Part shown: piece by piece, positions 8,646 to 19,614 of the stretch | Layout of the letters: each line of letters starts with the position of its first letter | Position numbering within the stretch: the first letter of the stretch is position 1 | Assembly (NCBI RefSeq): GCF_013365475.1 | Contig: NZ_CP046579.1 | Coordinates: forward strand, 540,001 to 572,000 | Source of the DNA: Candidatus Saccharimonadota bacterium | GTDB taxonomy: Bacteria > Pseudomonadota > Alphaproteobacteria > Rickettsiales > Anaplasmataceae | Length of the DNA: 32,000 nucleotides | Direction of reading: 5' to 3' | Made by a program: the position numbers and the translations under genes | The notes under the pieces: generated by a model | What the model saw: only the letters and a program-made list of their open reading frames with translations | What the model was told of the DNA's origin: nothing | Database searches by the model: none

Positions 8646-8940
8646 ATCTTTTATATAATAGCATATTTTTATTTGATTATATAGAAGTATCTAAAGATTT
8701 TAAAATCTCTTACGTGTCATTATATACATTACTTGATATGTTCCATTTGCACAAGATTAATCTATTTCCCTAGAATATACTTATTAATAAAATCTTTTTA
8801 CAAGTTTAAATGCATGTTCAAAAAAAATCCTTTTTACAGATCAGTCATTATAATTCATATGTAAGTAATAAAGTTGCCTACCATAAAGCGATTTTAATTG
8901 CCAAATAAAACAGTACTAGGCAAGTAATCACTTAAATGAG

Positions 8941-9750
8941 TTAAGCTAATTTATTTAATATTAACCTCATAAAATAAGCAACAATTAAGTATGCAGCTGC
9001 AACAAGTATAATTGTAGGTCCTGTTAATAAATCAAAACTTGCAGATAGCATTAGACCAGATACTCCAGAGATCACAGAAAAACCCGTTGCAGTAACAATC
9101 ATTTGTATTGGAGTCTTTGAAATAAGCCTTGCAGATGAAGCTGGTATCAGTAAAAATGCAGAGATAAGTAATATTCCTATCAGTTGGGCAGATACTGCTA
9201 TGAATATGGCAAGAGTAATTAAGAATTCTAGCCTTATTAAACTCACGTTCACTTTCTCAACTATTGCCAAATCTTGATTAATTGAAATTACTAGCCAGTA
9301 GCGCCACCTAAATATCAGTATAAGAATAACTATTAGCGAAATTAGAAAAATTAATACTATATCACTCTGTTCTAGTGTTAATATATCACCAAATAGAGAG
9401 CTGATAATGCTACTATTACTCGATGGGATAAAGGACATCAATATTAAACTTGACGATAAAACTACGTTGGTGACAATATTTAATATTGCATCAACAGAAT
9501 ATAATCTATTAAAATTAAGAGAAAGTAGTATTGCAAAAGCAATTGCTATAAGCATTATACTGATTGAAGGGCTAATTTTGAAGATTAGAGCAAGCGCAAT
9601 ACCAAGTAATGAGGAATGTGACAAACTGTCACCCAAATATGACAATCTTTGCCATATCATGAATGATCCTAATGTACCTGTCACTAGGCTAATTATAACC
9701 ACTGCAACCAGGCTGTTAATAAAAAAGCCCTGCGTAAATATTTCAAGCAT
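8941..9750 (-). CDS. znuB: Metal (Zn/Mn) ABC transporter permease, ABC-3 family.
   Basis: 269-aa polytopic protein. LGDSLSHSSLLGIALA resembles the conserved ABC-3 permease motif. Confidence 0.75.
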   Translation of the reverse strand: MLEIFTQGFFINSLVAVVIISLVTGTLGSFMIWQRLSYLGDSLSHSSLLGIALALIFKISPSISIMLIAIAFAILLSLNFNRLYSVDAILNIVTNVVLSSSLILMSFIPSSNSSIISSLFGDILTLEQSDIVLIFLISLIVILILIFRWRYWLVISINQDLAIVEKVNVSLIRLEFLITLAIFIAVSAQLIGILLISAFLLIPASSARLISKTPIQMIVTATGFSVISGVSGLMLSASFDLLTGPTIILVAAAYLIVAYFMRLILNKLA

Positions 9751-9751
9751 A

Positions 9752-10120
9752 CTACATTATCTCTAAGTAAGTAACAACAAATCTGCCTTCAGATATTAGA
9801 ACATTATGTGTTCTACATGCTGCATCAGTTGCCATAAATTCAAAATTTAAACTCATTTGCTCCATTATAAGGTATAGACTGACAAAAGGATTCGTCATTT
9901 TACGTGTTTTACCAGTGCCTATTAGCAGAATTTCTATCTCCTCTGTCAAAAAAGATTTAAAGTATTCCTTACTATTTATATCATTTTTTCTGAGTTCAAT
10001 CACCTTTTCAGGAAAGACTATAATTGAGCTATAATATTCCTTATTGTCTACTAAAAATTTTCCTTTTTCATAGCTGTATATAAAGTTTTTTTTCTGAGAA
10101 GTTAAGGGGATTATATTCAT
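9752..10120 (-). CDS. DUF498/Mth938-like domain protein (NDUFAF3-related), function unknown.
   Basis: 122 aa. EILLIGTGKT...MATDAACRTHNVLISEGRFVV matches the Mth938-like fold family pattern. Confidence 0.6.
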   Translation of the reverse strand: MNIIPLTSQKKNFIYSYEKGKFLVDNKEYYSSIIVFPEKVIELRKNDINSKEYFKSFLTEEIEILLIGTGKTRKMTNPFVSLYLIMEQMSLNFEFMATDAACRTHNVLISEGRFVVTYLEIM

Positions 10121-10123
10121 AAG

Positions 10124-10990
10124 TTAAATTATCAATTGAGTGCCGCACACCCACCATTCTGGCTGCTTTTCTCTGATATTTACAGCAGCAGCTTTTGCAT
10201 TTTTCTCACTATCAAATACTCCAAAACATGCTACACCACTACCAGACATGCGAGATAGTACAGAACCTCTCTGTGACTCTAATGCTAATATCACATCCTT
10301 AATTTCAGGTACAAGACTCACTGCTATCTCTTGAAGATCATTCCTAGTTTCTTTAAGAAGTTTTAAAATATCTTTTTCGGCATTATCACTCCATTCAATT
10401 GGTCTAGAAAAATTTCCCTTATACTTCGAGAACACTTCTGGTGTGCTTAAGAACTTTTTTTTTGGTTTTACAAGCACCACATTTCTTGGAAAAGAAAATT
10501 TTTTTATTGGGTATAATTCTTCGCCAATACCTCTGACTAAAACCGGCTTATTATCTATACTTGCAGAAACATCAGCACCAACACTTACAGCTATTTCATT
10601 TAAGATAGATCTGTCAATTTGCCATAATTTCCCTAGTGTACGTATCACTGCTCCAGCATCTGAGGAACCACTTCCTAAACCTGCAGCAGTAGGTACATTT
10701 TTTACAACTTTTATAATAACTTTAGTACGTATAGGAGCATACCTGAGTAATAAATTAACTGCTCTCATTACTGTATTGTATCTGTTACTTATCTTGAGTT
10801 CAGAATTCACAAATTCAACTATAGAGTTATCATATCTGAAACCCTTTTCCCCTACCTTTATCTCTAAAAAATTGGAAAGATTAGCAAAAACAGATAAGCC
10901 TTCAACTAAATGATACCCTATTTCTTTCCTTTCAACAACATGCAAAAAAAGGTTAATCTTTGCAGGAGCCTTTGCGCAAAAACTTTTCAT
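10124..10990 (-). CDS. ispE: 4-diphosphocytidyl-2-C-methyl-D-erythritol kinase.
   Basis: APAKINLFLHV N-terminus and the GHMP kinase motif PTAAGLGSGSSDAGA. Confidence 0.9.
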   Translation of the reverse strand: MKSFCAKAPAKINLFLHVVERKEIGYHLVEGLSVFANLSNFLEIKVGEKGFRYDNSIVEFVNSELKISNRYNTVMRAVNLLLRYAPIRTKVIIKVVKNVPTAAGLGSGSSDAGAVIRTLGKLWQIDRSILNEIAVSVGADVSASIDNKPVLVRGIGEELYPIKKFSFPRNVVLVKPKKKFLSTPEVFSKYKGNFSRPIEWSDNAEKDILKLLKETRNDLQEIAVSLVPEIKDVILALESQRGSVLSRMSGSGVACFGVFDSEKNAKAAAVNIREKQPEWWVCGTQLII

Positions 10991-11074
10991 TTATATATCT
11001 TCACTAACACTACTTTTACAGTATATTTTACAATGCCATTTTAGTCAAAATTTTATATAATTCCTTCACTTCTG

Positions 11075-14000
11075 ATGAAATTAAAAATAACAAATCCTGA
11101 TTTTTCTGTATGGGTAAATGCATCTGCTGGCACAGGAAAAACAAAAATCTTAATAGATAGAGTACTAAGACTTTTATTAGAAAACAAGAAAAATATTCTC
11201 TGCTTAACACTTACTAATGCTGCAGCAAACGAAATGGAAAATCGAATTCATAACATACTAAGTAAGTGGGCAATATGCTCGAATAGCGAGTTAATTGCAT
11301 CTTTGGAGCAATTAGGTCTTTCTTTATCTTACTCCTCAGTGTTACCGAAGCACTCAACACCAAGGTCTAAAAAAAATGAAGTACTTGATCATTATATAGC
11401 TCAAGCAAGAAAGCTTTTTTCTGAATTGGAAAATCTAGGCTTAAATATACAGACCATACATGCTTTCTGCTATAAATTGATTTCTAGCTCTCCTATAGAG
11501 GCTGGTATTGCTCCAAATTATATGTTAAGTGAGTGCAAAGAATTACATTCCATAGTATTTAAAAAAATACTTCATAATAAGGATTTGCAAGATAGCATAA
11601 ACTCTATTGCAACAGAAATTGATGAAAATAAACTAAGTAACTTGCTTTACACTCTATGTGTAAAAAGACCTTTACCAGTAACCGATTTAGGATACATCAA
11701 AGAGAAATTAAGCATGCTGGATGAAGTTCATGATTTAGAGAATGAAATAACTAAGAATGTAGAAAGGTTAGTCACAATATTAAGCAAAGGCAGTAAAAAA
11801 GACCAAAGTTACAGTGCAATCCTTTCTAATTGGTGTAAAGGCACAAAATTACCTGCCGCTAACACTGCAATTAAGAAAAAAAGCACAGACTTCATATTAA
11901 CACGCTGGGAAAAAATAAAAATAGAAGACTTAGCTAAGGTATTTTTGAAATTAAAATCATATGAAAGAAAAAGTGTATCATCTCTAATAACAAAGAGCAC
12001 ATCAGAGAAATTTAGAGATGCAGAATTGATAGTGGAGAATACTCAAAATATATTATCAACTTGTATAAAAGATATTAACTCTTACAAGGTATTCAAGAGG
12101 ACTAGCAACTTATTTAACATATTCAAAGTATATATTGATCTATATAACAGTGAGAAATCAAAAAATGCATTACTTGATTACAATGATATAATTGATTTAG
12201 CAATAAATCTTCTAAGTAATCCAGAATATAAAGATCTTGCATTGTTCAACTTAAATCAAGAAATAGATCATATTCTCATCGATGAAGCACAAGACAATAA
12301 TATTAGTCAATGGAAAATTGTAATAAATCTCTGTGATGAATCCTTTACCAGTGGTGAGAAAAAACGCACCTTGTTTGTTGTTGGCGACATAAAACAATCC
12401 ATTTACAGGTTTCAAGGGGCAAGTCCACATCTTTTCAAGCACATGCAACAATATTTTCATTCAAAAATTGGCAACAGAGGCTTGATATCATGCCAATTAG
12501 AAAAATCATTTCGCTCGGCTCCAGAGATTCTAGCATTTGCAGATAGAATATTTAACAACTTTCGTGAGGAGATATCCCTCACTAGGAATGAAATAAGACA
12601 TATCCCACATAGAGAAAACGATCAAGGATACATTGAAATTTGGCCTTTATTACCAAAGTGCAATAAAAAAGATCAGAAAGCCTTACAAATCCATCTAACA
12701 GATAAAAGAGACTATATGATATCAGACAGATTGCTTGCTCAAGCGATAGCTCATAGAATCCATGGCTGGTTGAGTGAAGGACGGATCTTAGTTACTAAAG
12801 ATCGCAACATAGAACCAAAGGATATTATAATTTTGATGCGGCAGAGAAATATGTTAATCGATTACACAATAAGTGAGCTTAGAAAAGTAAACGTGTCAGT
12901 TGTAGGACGAGACTGCTTTAGGATTATGGACTATATAGTTGTACAAGATCTAATAGCTTTGGCTGAGTTTTTGCTTCTTCCTACAAATGACTTAGCACTT
13001 GCAAACGTTCTAAAATCACCGCTATTTAACTTTAGCGAAGATGATTTATTTAACATTGCATATAACCGCAAAGAACATTCACTATGGGAAAAACTCCAAA
13101 ATTACTCTTTTGCTGTTTTTAATGAATTAAACTATCTCATTGATTTATCTCGTACAGAATCACCACTTACATTGTTCATACATGTAATCTACACAAGTAA
13201 AAAGAAATTTTCTGCAAGATTTGGTTTTGAGTACTTTGAAGTTATGGATGAATTCATAAACCTCGTATTGCAGTTTGAAGAATCATCTCTCCAAGCATTT
13301 ATCCAGTGGATTAAGGAAAATAACCCAGAAATTAGAAATGATATGCAACCAAAACGAAATGCTGTGAGAATAATGACAATCCACAAGTCAAAAGGTCTGC
13401 AAGCACCTATAGTGTTTCTAGTCGATACTAATACAGTACCGAGAAACAATGAAGACATTGTTTTTGATGAAATGGAAGTACCATTTTGGTGTGGAAAGAA
13501 TGCCAATCCTTATTGTGATCAAGTGAAGAAAAAAAAGAAACTAGAGAACTATAATGAATATTTGCGTTTGCTATATGTAGCACTAACACGTGCTGAGGAT
13601 GAATTATATATTTTAGGCAAAGAACCAGTACAAAAAGGTTCCTGGTACGATTTAATTACCAAGGACCAAGAACTATATGAGAAGAAACAAGGCTGGCTAT
13701 ATCCTATATTTAAAGAAGAAGTTGAAGTCTTATGCATAAATGCAAACTACCCTCATATTTATAAAAAACTCGATTGTCTGAATGGTCCAGTAGTTTTGCC
13801 TCCACAAAACACAGCAACATTACTTCAAGAACCTAGAAAGAAAGAAGAAGAACCAATATCAACTTTCCATTTCTATTCTCTATTCCATGACCACCTACAA
13901 AAGTCTATGGAAGAAGAAGCATCAATTCTAACTTCTTCTACTTTATTAAGTGAAAAAAAAATGCAAGGAATGTCAGATGGATATACAAGAGGCTTGATAA

Positions 14001-14419
14001 TCCACAGTATATTACAGTATATGCCTAAGATAGAAAAAGATAGAAGAAAGGATTGGATTAAAAAATACCTTGATCATATAAACACTAGAGATGGGAAAGA
14101 TGAGATTTATAAAAAAATACTAGCTTTCAATGAAAAATATGATTACTTATTTGATTTAGAAGGTAAATCAGAAATTCCATTAAGTGGGATGGTTGATGGT
14201 AAAGCAGTACTAGTACGATTGGATCGGTTATGCATAACGCAAAATAAAGCAATCATAATTGATTACAAATTACACCGTAATATTTCTGCTTTTTCATTGA
14301 ATGAAATAAAAAAACAGATGTTGACGTATAAGACTCTAGTACAAGAGATATATCCGAATAAGGATGTAGAGTGTGTGGTTATTTGGGTAGAAGATTTAAC
14401 AATGCAATCTGACTTTTAA
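11075..14419 (+). CDS. addA: Double-strand break repair helicase-nuclease AddA (UvrD/Rep helicase with a C-terminal PD-(D/E)XK nuclease).
   Basis: 1114 aa. Motifs present: ASAGTGKT, IDEAQDNN, GDIKQSIYRFQGA, MTIHKSKGLQAP and VALTRAEDELYIL. The C-terminal nuclease motif is RLDRL...IIDYK. Confidence 0.85.
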   Translation: MKLKITNPDFSVWVNASAGTGKTKILIDRVLRLLLENKKNILCLTLTNAAANEMENRIHNILSKWAICSNSELIASLEQLGLSLSYSSVLPKHSTPRSKKNEVLDHYIAQARKLFSELENLGLNIQTIHAFCYKLISSSPIEAGIAPNYMLSECKELHSIVFKKILHNKDLQDSINSIATEIDENKLSNLLYTLCVKRPLPVTDLGYIKEKLSMLDEVHDLENEITKNVERLVTILSKGSKKDQSYSAILSNWCKGTKLPAANTAIKKKSTDFILTRWEKIKIEDLAKVFLKLKSYERKSVSSLITKSTSEKFRDAELIVENTQNILSTCIKDINSYKVFKRTSNLFNIFKVYIDLYNSEKSKNALLDYNDIIDLAINLLSNPEYKDLALFNLNQEIDHILIDEAQDNNISQWKIVINLCDESFTSGEKKRTLFVVGDIKQSIYRFQGASPHLFKHMQQYFHSKIGNRGLISCQLEKSFRSAPEILAFADRIFNNFREEISLTRNEIRHIPHRENDQGYIEIWPLLPKCNKKDQKALQIHLTDKRDYMISDRLLAQAIAHRIHGWLSEGRILVTKDRNIEPKDIIILMRQRNMLIDYTISELRKVNVSVVGRDCFRIMDYIVVQDLIALAEFLLLPTNDLALANVLKSPLFNFSEDDLFNIAYNRKEHSLWEKLQNYSFAVFNELNYLIDLSRTESPLTLFIHVIYTSKKKFSARFGFEYFEVMDEFINLVLQFEESSLQAFIQWIKENNPEIRNDMQPKRNAVRIMTIHKSKGLQAPIVFLVDTNTVPRNNEDIVFDEMEVPFWCGKNANPYCDQVKKKKKLENYNEYLRLLYVALTRAEDELYILGKEPVQKGSWYDLITKDQELYEKKQGWLYPIFKEEVEVLCINANYPHIYKKLDCLNGPVVLPPQNTATLLQEPRKKEEEPISTFHFYSLFHDHLQKSMEEEASILTSSTLLSEKKMQGMSDGYTRGLIIHSILQYMPKIEKDRRKDWIKKYLDHINTRDGKDEIYKKILAFNEKYDYLFDLEGKSEIPLSGMVDGKAVLVRLDRLCITQNKAIIIDYKLHRNISAFSLNEIKKQMLTYKTLVQEIYPNKDVECVVIWVEDLTMQSDF

Positions 14420-15386
14420 TGAAACTTGAAATATATGCCATTTGCTAATTGATACATATACCTTTTTTAGGTAGGCACTAAGTTGAAATTAATCAAGAGG
14501 TAGGTTTATATAATACATTTTAATTTGTCATATATTTTTTTCCGTAATACTAGTTGTATTAGCCACAGAAATGCTACTTATCAATGCAAATCAACATAAC
14601 ACCTGCTAGTAAACTCATGATCCTTTTTGCTAACGTATTTTTATAGTATTAGTTATGTATATGATGATCTTCTTAAGCTAAAATGCCTTATAGCAATCTA
14701 TCTCTATGAAAAATAGCTATTAAAACTGCAACAATGTCATCAATACACTTTATATGAACTCCTACCATATTTAACTGATGAAAGATATATTTCTATTCAG
14801 TGGTAATGAACTACACTTGGACATCTTGGAGATGATATTGTAAAGATTTGAATAATTAAAAGAGCGTTCATGATTTCCTTGACACATAGCAGTTTACTAA
14901 TATGCAAGGTACAAAAATTTTTTGCTGAGACTTTCTATATTTATCTTTGAATAACCAAGGAAATTCCATAGTTACAGATTATAGGCATACTTCTTGTTCT
15001 AATGACCTACAAAATAATCGAAGACTTATTTTATTCCTATAGAAAAATGGTAGTATAGATGTATTATTAATTTTATTACCATATTTGGATAGCTTCAAAA
15101 ATAACATTAAAAGTTCTATTTAAACTATCAAAATTCTCATAAGGCTCTTTGCTACTTGGGTTAATATCAACTTCAGTATATATCAATAAGGATATACTTA
15201 AGACCTCATAATAAAGAATAATTGTCCATTATTTTAGGATGCTTTCCTCTTTAGGAGTCTTTCTATCACTTTTCATATAGTTTTTCACTATTAATAGGAT
15301 ATCTTTGTATCTCCTTAAATTAAGAGATTAGACCATTATATGAAATAATCAAAGAATTCTTTTGATTTTTAAATATTGATAAAAAC

Positions 15387-15415
15387 TTGACTTATGCACT
15401 TTACACCTTTAAAAT
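15387..15415 (+). promoter_or_regulatory. Sigma-70-type promoter TTGACT-N17-TAAAAT for secG-pyrG-tadA.
   Basis: TTGACT at 15387-15392, a 17-nt spacer and TAAAAT at 15410-15415. It lies 22 nt upstream of the secG ATG. Confidence 0.45.
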
Positions 15416-15436
15416 TTAACTTTACCCTTAACTATA

Positions 15437-15757
15437 ATGTCATTAACACTGTTAAGTATACTACAAATAATACTAGTTACCATTTTAGTAATCCTAGTTA
15501 TCTCACGTCCACCTGGAAGTAGCTCACTAAGTGGTTTTAACAGTTCACAACAGAGCCTTAATTCGATGATCACAGTAAAACATCACACAAATCTTCCTAG
15601 TAAAATAACAGCTACAGTTGTTGGACTGTTTATAGCAAACACACTATTATTATCAGGACTATACTCAAAAAGTATACATAAAAAATCAATTGTGGGGAAA
15701 ATTATATCGGAAAAGAAACAAGAAAATGAATTTACTTCTGTTCCTTTTGAAGATTAA
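15437..15757 (+). CDS. secG: Preprotein translocase subunit SecG.
   Basis: 106 aa with two hydrophobic segments separated by a Ser/Gly-rich loop ([14 protein letters not shown]). It overlaps the pyrG start by 1 nt (TAATG). Confidence 0.7.
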   Translation: MSLTLLSILQIILVTILVILVISRPPGSSSLSGFNSSQQSLNSMITVKHHTNLPSKITATVVGLFIANTLLLSGLYSKSIHKKSIVGKIISEKKQENEFTSVPFED

Positions 15758-17376
15758 TGAAAGAAGCAAAGTTTATTTTTGTAACAGGTGGAGTTGTCTC
15801 GTCACTCGGCAAGGGTTTAGTTGCTTCAAGTCTTGGTACGCTTCTTCAAGCTTATGATTTTAAGGTACGAATTAGAAAGCTTGACCCATACTTGAATATT
15901 GATCCTGGAACAATAAGTCCAACTCAGCATGGAGAGGTATTTGTTACAGAAGATGGTACCGAAACTGATTTAGATCTTGGACATTATGAACGTTTTACTG
16001 GGATAAAAGCAACCAAAGACGATAATATAACAACTGGTAAAGTGTATCACGAGTTACTTAAGAAAGAGAGACGTGGTGATTATTTAGGCAAGACTGTGCA
16101 AGTCATTCCTCATGTAATAGATTTAATTAAATCATTTATTTTTAATTGCACTGAAGGTTTAGATTTTTTAATATGTGAAATAGGTGGAACTGTAGGTGAC
16201 ATTGAGAGTCAACCTTTTTTAGAAGCAATACGTCAAATCAGCTATAAATTAGGAAAACAAAGAGTCATTCTTATCCATCTAACCCTAGTTCCATACCTAA
16301 CTGCAGCACAAGAATTAAAGACAAAACCAACACAGCATTCAGTTCGAGAGTTAAATTTTGCAGGGTTGCAGCCAGATATTATATTATGTCGTAGTGAGAA
16401 GGAAACTTCAGATAACCAAAAAAGAAAGATAGCTAACCTTTGTAATGTCTCTCTATCTAACGTAATATCTGCTCCTGATGTGAATCATATATACGAGTTA
16501 CCAGTTCTATATAATAGATGTGGACTTGGTATACAAATACTGAAACATTTTCATCTAAGTAAACCACAACCAAGTTTAATCGAATGGAACCAAATAGTGT
16601 TCTCTATAAGAAATTCAATGCAGGAAGTCACTGTATCCATAGTAGGGAAATACACTGAATTTCCTGATGCATATAAATCACTAATTGAAGCATTAAATCA
16701 TGGAGCAATTAGCAACAAAGTTAAAGTAAGGATAAATTGGGTTAACTCAAGAGAGAAAAGTAAAAAATATATCGATGAAAAATTTATGAGAGAGAAACTA
16801 AAAAACTCACATTCAATTCTTGTACCGGGAGGATTTGGTGATGATGGAGTAGAAGGTAAAATATCAGCAATAAGTTATGCTCGTGTTCATAATATCCCAT
16901 TTTTTGGAATATGTCTTGGTATGCAACTTGCAGTTATTGAATTTGCCCGCAATGTTATTAAGCTTGAAGATGTTCACTCTGAAGAATTTTATGCATGCAA
17001 GCACCCAATTATCAAGCTAGCTGGAAATAAGAATGTTAATATCGGCGGGACTATGAGACTTGGAGCACACATATGTAATATAACACCAAATTCCAAAATG
17101 GCAGATGTATATGGGAACACTATCATCTCGGAAAGACATAGGCACAGATATGCAATCAATTTAGACTACAAAGACAATTTGGAAAAAAATGGACTAATAT
17201 GCAGCTGTATGTCAGAAGATGGAACATGTATAGAAGCAGTAATATTAGAAAGTCATCCATGGTTTACTGGTGTGCAATTTCACCCAGAATTTCAATCAAA
17301 ACCGTTTTCTCCTCACCCTCTTTTTGTGTCCTTTATTAAGGCAGCAGTTAATAAGATTAAAAAAGAGAGGAATTAA
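15757..17376 (+). CDS. pyrG: CTP synthase.
   Basis: [21 protein letters not shown]-terminus. The glutamine amidotransferase domain shows GICLGMQ and HRHRY. Confidence 0.97.
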   Translation: MKEAKFIFVTGGVVSSLGKGLVASSLGTLLQAYDFKVRIRKLDPYLNIDPGTISPTQHGEVFVTEDGTETDLDLGHYERFTGIKATKDDNITTGKVYHELLKKERRGDYLGKTVQVIPHVIDLIKSFIFNCTEGLDFLICEIGGTVGDIESQPFLEAIRQISYKLGKQRVILIHLTLVPYLTAAQELKTKPTQHSVRELNFAGLQPDIILCRSEKETSDNQKRKIANLCNVSLSNVISAPDVNHIYELPVLYNRCGLGIQILKHFHLSKPQPSLIEWNQIVFSIRNSMQEVTVSIVGKYTEFPDAYKSLIEALNHGAISNKVKVRINWVNSREKSKKYIDEKFMREKLKNSHSILVPGGFGDDGVEGKISAISYARVHNIPFFGICLGMQLAVIEFARNVIKLEDVHSEEFYACKHPIIKLAGNKNVNIGGTMRLGAHICNITPNSKMADVYGNTIISERHRHRYAINLDYKDNLEKNGLICSCMSEDGTCIEAVILESHPWFTGVQFHPEFQSKPFSPHPLFVSFIKAAVNKIKKERN

Positions 17377-17384
17377 CAGAAAAA

Positions 17385-17819
17385 GTGTTTAAATATCAAT
17401 ATATGGAGCTTGCCATAGAACAAGCAAAACTTGCTCAAAAGAATGATGAAGTCCCCATAGGGGCTGTAATAGTCAATGGCAGTAATATTGTTTCTTTTGC
17501 GCACAATATATACAATGACCCAACTGCACATGCAGAGATATTAGTAATAAGACAAGCATGTAAACTGCTTTCAACACCGGTACTTTGTGATGTAGACATG
17601 TATGTGACATTAGAGCCATGTCCAATGTGTGCTCAAGCCATTTCATTTGCAAGAATTAGAAGAGTATACTTTGGAGCCTATAACCCAAAAGGTGGAGGGA
17701 TTGAAAATGGTGCTAAAATATTTCAGTTTTGCAGGTATGTACCTGAAATTTATGGTGGAATATTAGAAGCAGAATGCTCCCTTCTATTAAAGGATTTTTT
17801 TGAAAAGCTAAGAACTTAG
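17385..17819 (+). CDS. tadA: tRNA adenosine(34) deaminase.
   Basis: HAE...PCPMC zinc-binding deaminase motifs. The start is either GTG 17385 or ATG 17403 (MELAIEQAKLA). Confidence 0.88.
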   Translation: MFKYQYMELAIEQAKLAQKNDEVPIGAVIVNGSNIVSFAHNIYNDPTAHAEILVIRQACKLLSTPVLCDVDMYVTLEPCPMCAQAISFARIRRVYFGAYNPKGGGIENGAKIFQFCRYVPEIYGGILEAECSLLLKDFFEKLRT

Positions 17820-18176
17820 TTTTGGACTATAGTTATTAAATTTCTATATTATTACAACACAATATAGTAAATATCAACTGTCTAAGGAAGCCATTTTTAT
17901 TAGCTATACCATCCCCATTAATGACAAGCCCCTATTTCTAGTATAATAGACTGCATATTAAAAAATATCGTTCAAAAAACGAATAAAGATAAGCTTAATT
18001 TTCCCAAATACCAAACGGTTTTTATGAATATCAGTCCAATTTGCGATTGAGAAATTTTAAAAATCCACATTAAAACAATTTCAAAATATTAATAATATAA
18101 TCCTTCTAAAAAGACTTAATTGTACGCCATGATTGCAACTTTGAGTTAACTTAACATATAATCCATATCAAAATTC

Positions 18177-19448
18177 TTACCAGCCATATCTTTTATCTTG
18201 TGGTTTTATTTGTAACATTGCTACTAAACTAACTGACAAGCAAAAAACTATATAAAGCCCTGCTGCAAAATTTATTTTAGGAAATGTTATAGTGAACCAA
18301 GTGCATATCATAGGAGTAAACCCACCATGAAAAGCAAAAGAGATGTTGCGTGATAAACTCACTCCACTAAATCTTACATTGGTCGGGAAAAGCTCAGATG
18401 CAACTATTCCTATAGGATTCATACCCTTTTCTATTACAGAAAGAACCATTATACTAAGCATAATTATAAGATAGCTTTCATAGTGGCATGCAATAGATAG
18501 CATAGGGCAACATATTACTATCGTAATCACTGTGAATAAGATCGCAGTGCGCTCTTTACCTATTTTATCAGCTAACATTCCAAGTGCTATTGCAAATATA
18601 GGTATCAGCATACTAGTTACAACTAACATAATCTCATTGATGTATGTTGTTACGTACATCTTAAATAATATTGTCTCTTTTACAAGAGTACGGAGAAATA
18701 TGGTAAATCCAACAGTAACATTAACTGGCACAGATATTAAAATAGCAAGTATAAGAGCTCTCTTGTAGTGCTTTATAAGCTCTATTATTGGTAAATTTGG
18801 TAATTTTTTTTGCTTTTGGTTCTTTTCGTACGCTAGAGTTTCTCCAAGCATATATATGCTATATGTACTAATTAAGCCTAACACAGCTGAAAAAGTGAAT
18901 GGTAATCTCCAGCCCCAAGTATTAAAATCAGTATTCTTCTTGCAGATAATTACTATTACTACAGAAAGCAGGACACCAATAGAGCGACCTAAACTTATTA
19001 TTCCACAGAATACTCCTAGCTTTTTCTTATTAGGTAAGTGCTCTATTAGGTAAACAGAACTTCCTCCTTGTTCAGCTCCTAGAGCAATCCCTTGTGTTAC
19101 ATGAATTAAAAGAAGCAATATAGTGGAAGCAATACCTATTTTACTATAACTTGGAATAAAAGCAACAAGGCTAGATGGAATCGATACTAACAAAATAGCA
19201 ATCATTAACGCTACTCTCCTCCCGTATCTATCACCAATATGACCAAACACAGATGCACCAAGCGGCCTTACCATTGCACCTAACCCAGCAATTCCAAATA
19301 ATTGAAGTATGTTGTAGTAAACGTCATTTGCAGAACAGAATTCTCTACTAATTATATTAACTAGCTCAATAAAGAGCATATGGTCATACCATATTGTAAT
19401 CCTGCAAAGTATTGTTGCCAACAACACCTTTGTTTGCTGATTGTGCAC
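18177..19448 (-). CDS. MFS transporter, ProP-like (proline/betaine family).
   Basis: 423-aa, roughly 12-TM protein with the MFS loop motif GHIGDRYGRR. GTG start. Confidence 0.8.
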   Translation of the reverse strand: MHNQQTKVLLATILCRITIWYDHMLFIELVNIISREFCSANDVYYNILQLFGIAGLGAMVRPLGASVFGHIGDRYGRRVALMIAILLVSIPSSLVAFIPSYSKIGIASTILLLLIHVTQGIALGAEQGGSSVYLIEHLPNKKKLGVFCGIISLGRSIGVLLSVVIVIICKKNTDFNTWGWRLPFTFSAVLGLISTYSIYMLGETLAYEKNQKQKKLPNLPIIELIKHYKRALILAILISVPVNVTVGFTIFLRTLVKETILFKMYVTTYINEIMLVVTSMLIPIFAIALGMLADKIGKERTAILFTVITIVICCPMLSIACHYESYLIIMLSIMVLSVIEKGMNPIGIVASELFPTNVRFSGVSLSRNISFAFHGGFTPMICTWFTITFPKINFAAGLYIVFCLSVSLVAMLQIKPQDKRYGW

Positions 19449-19614
19449 TAAATTTAATTTTTAAACATTTATTTATTACATTGTGGCTGCTTTTTTAAAT
19501 TTAGTAAAGCTATAACCTGATGGAAGACTGACTTTTTATTATTGTATGTAATACTGAAGTCACTAAAATTTATGAGTAAGTTTAAGAGGTAACTCTGTTG
19601 CAAAAATCATTATG

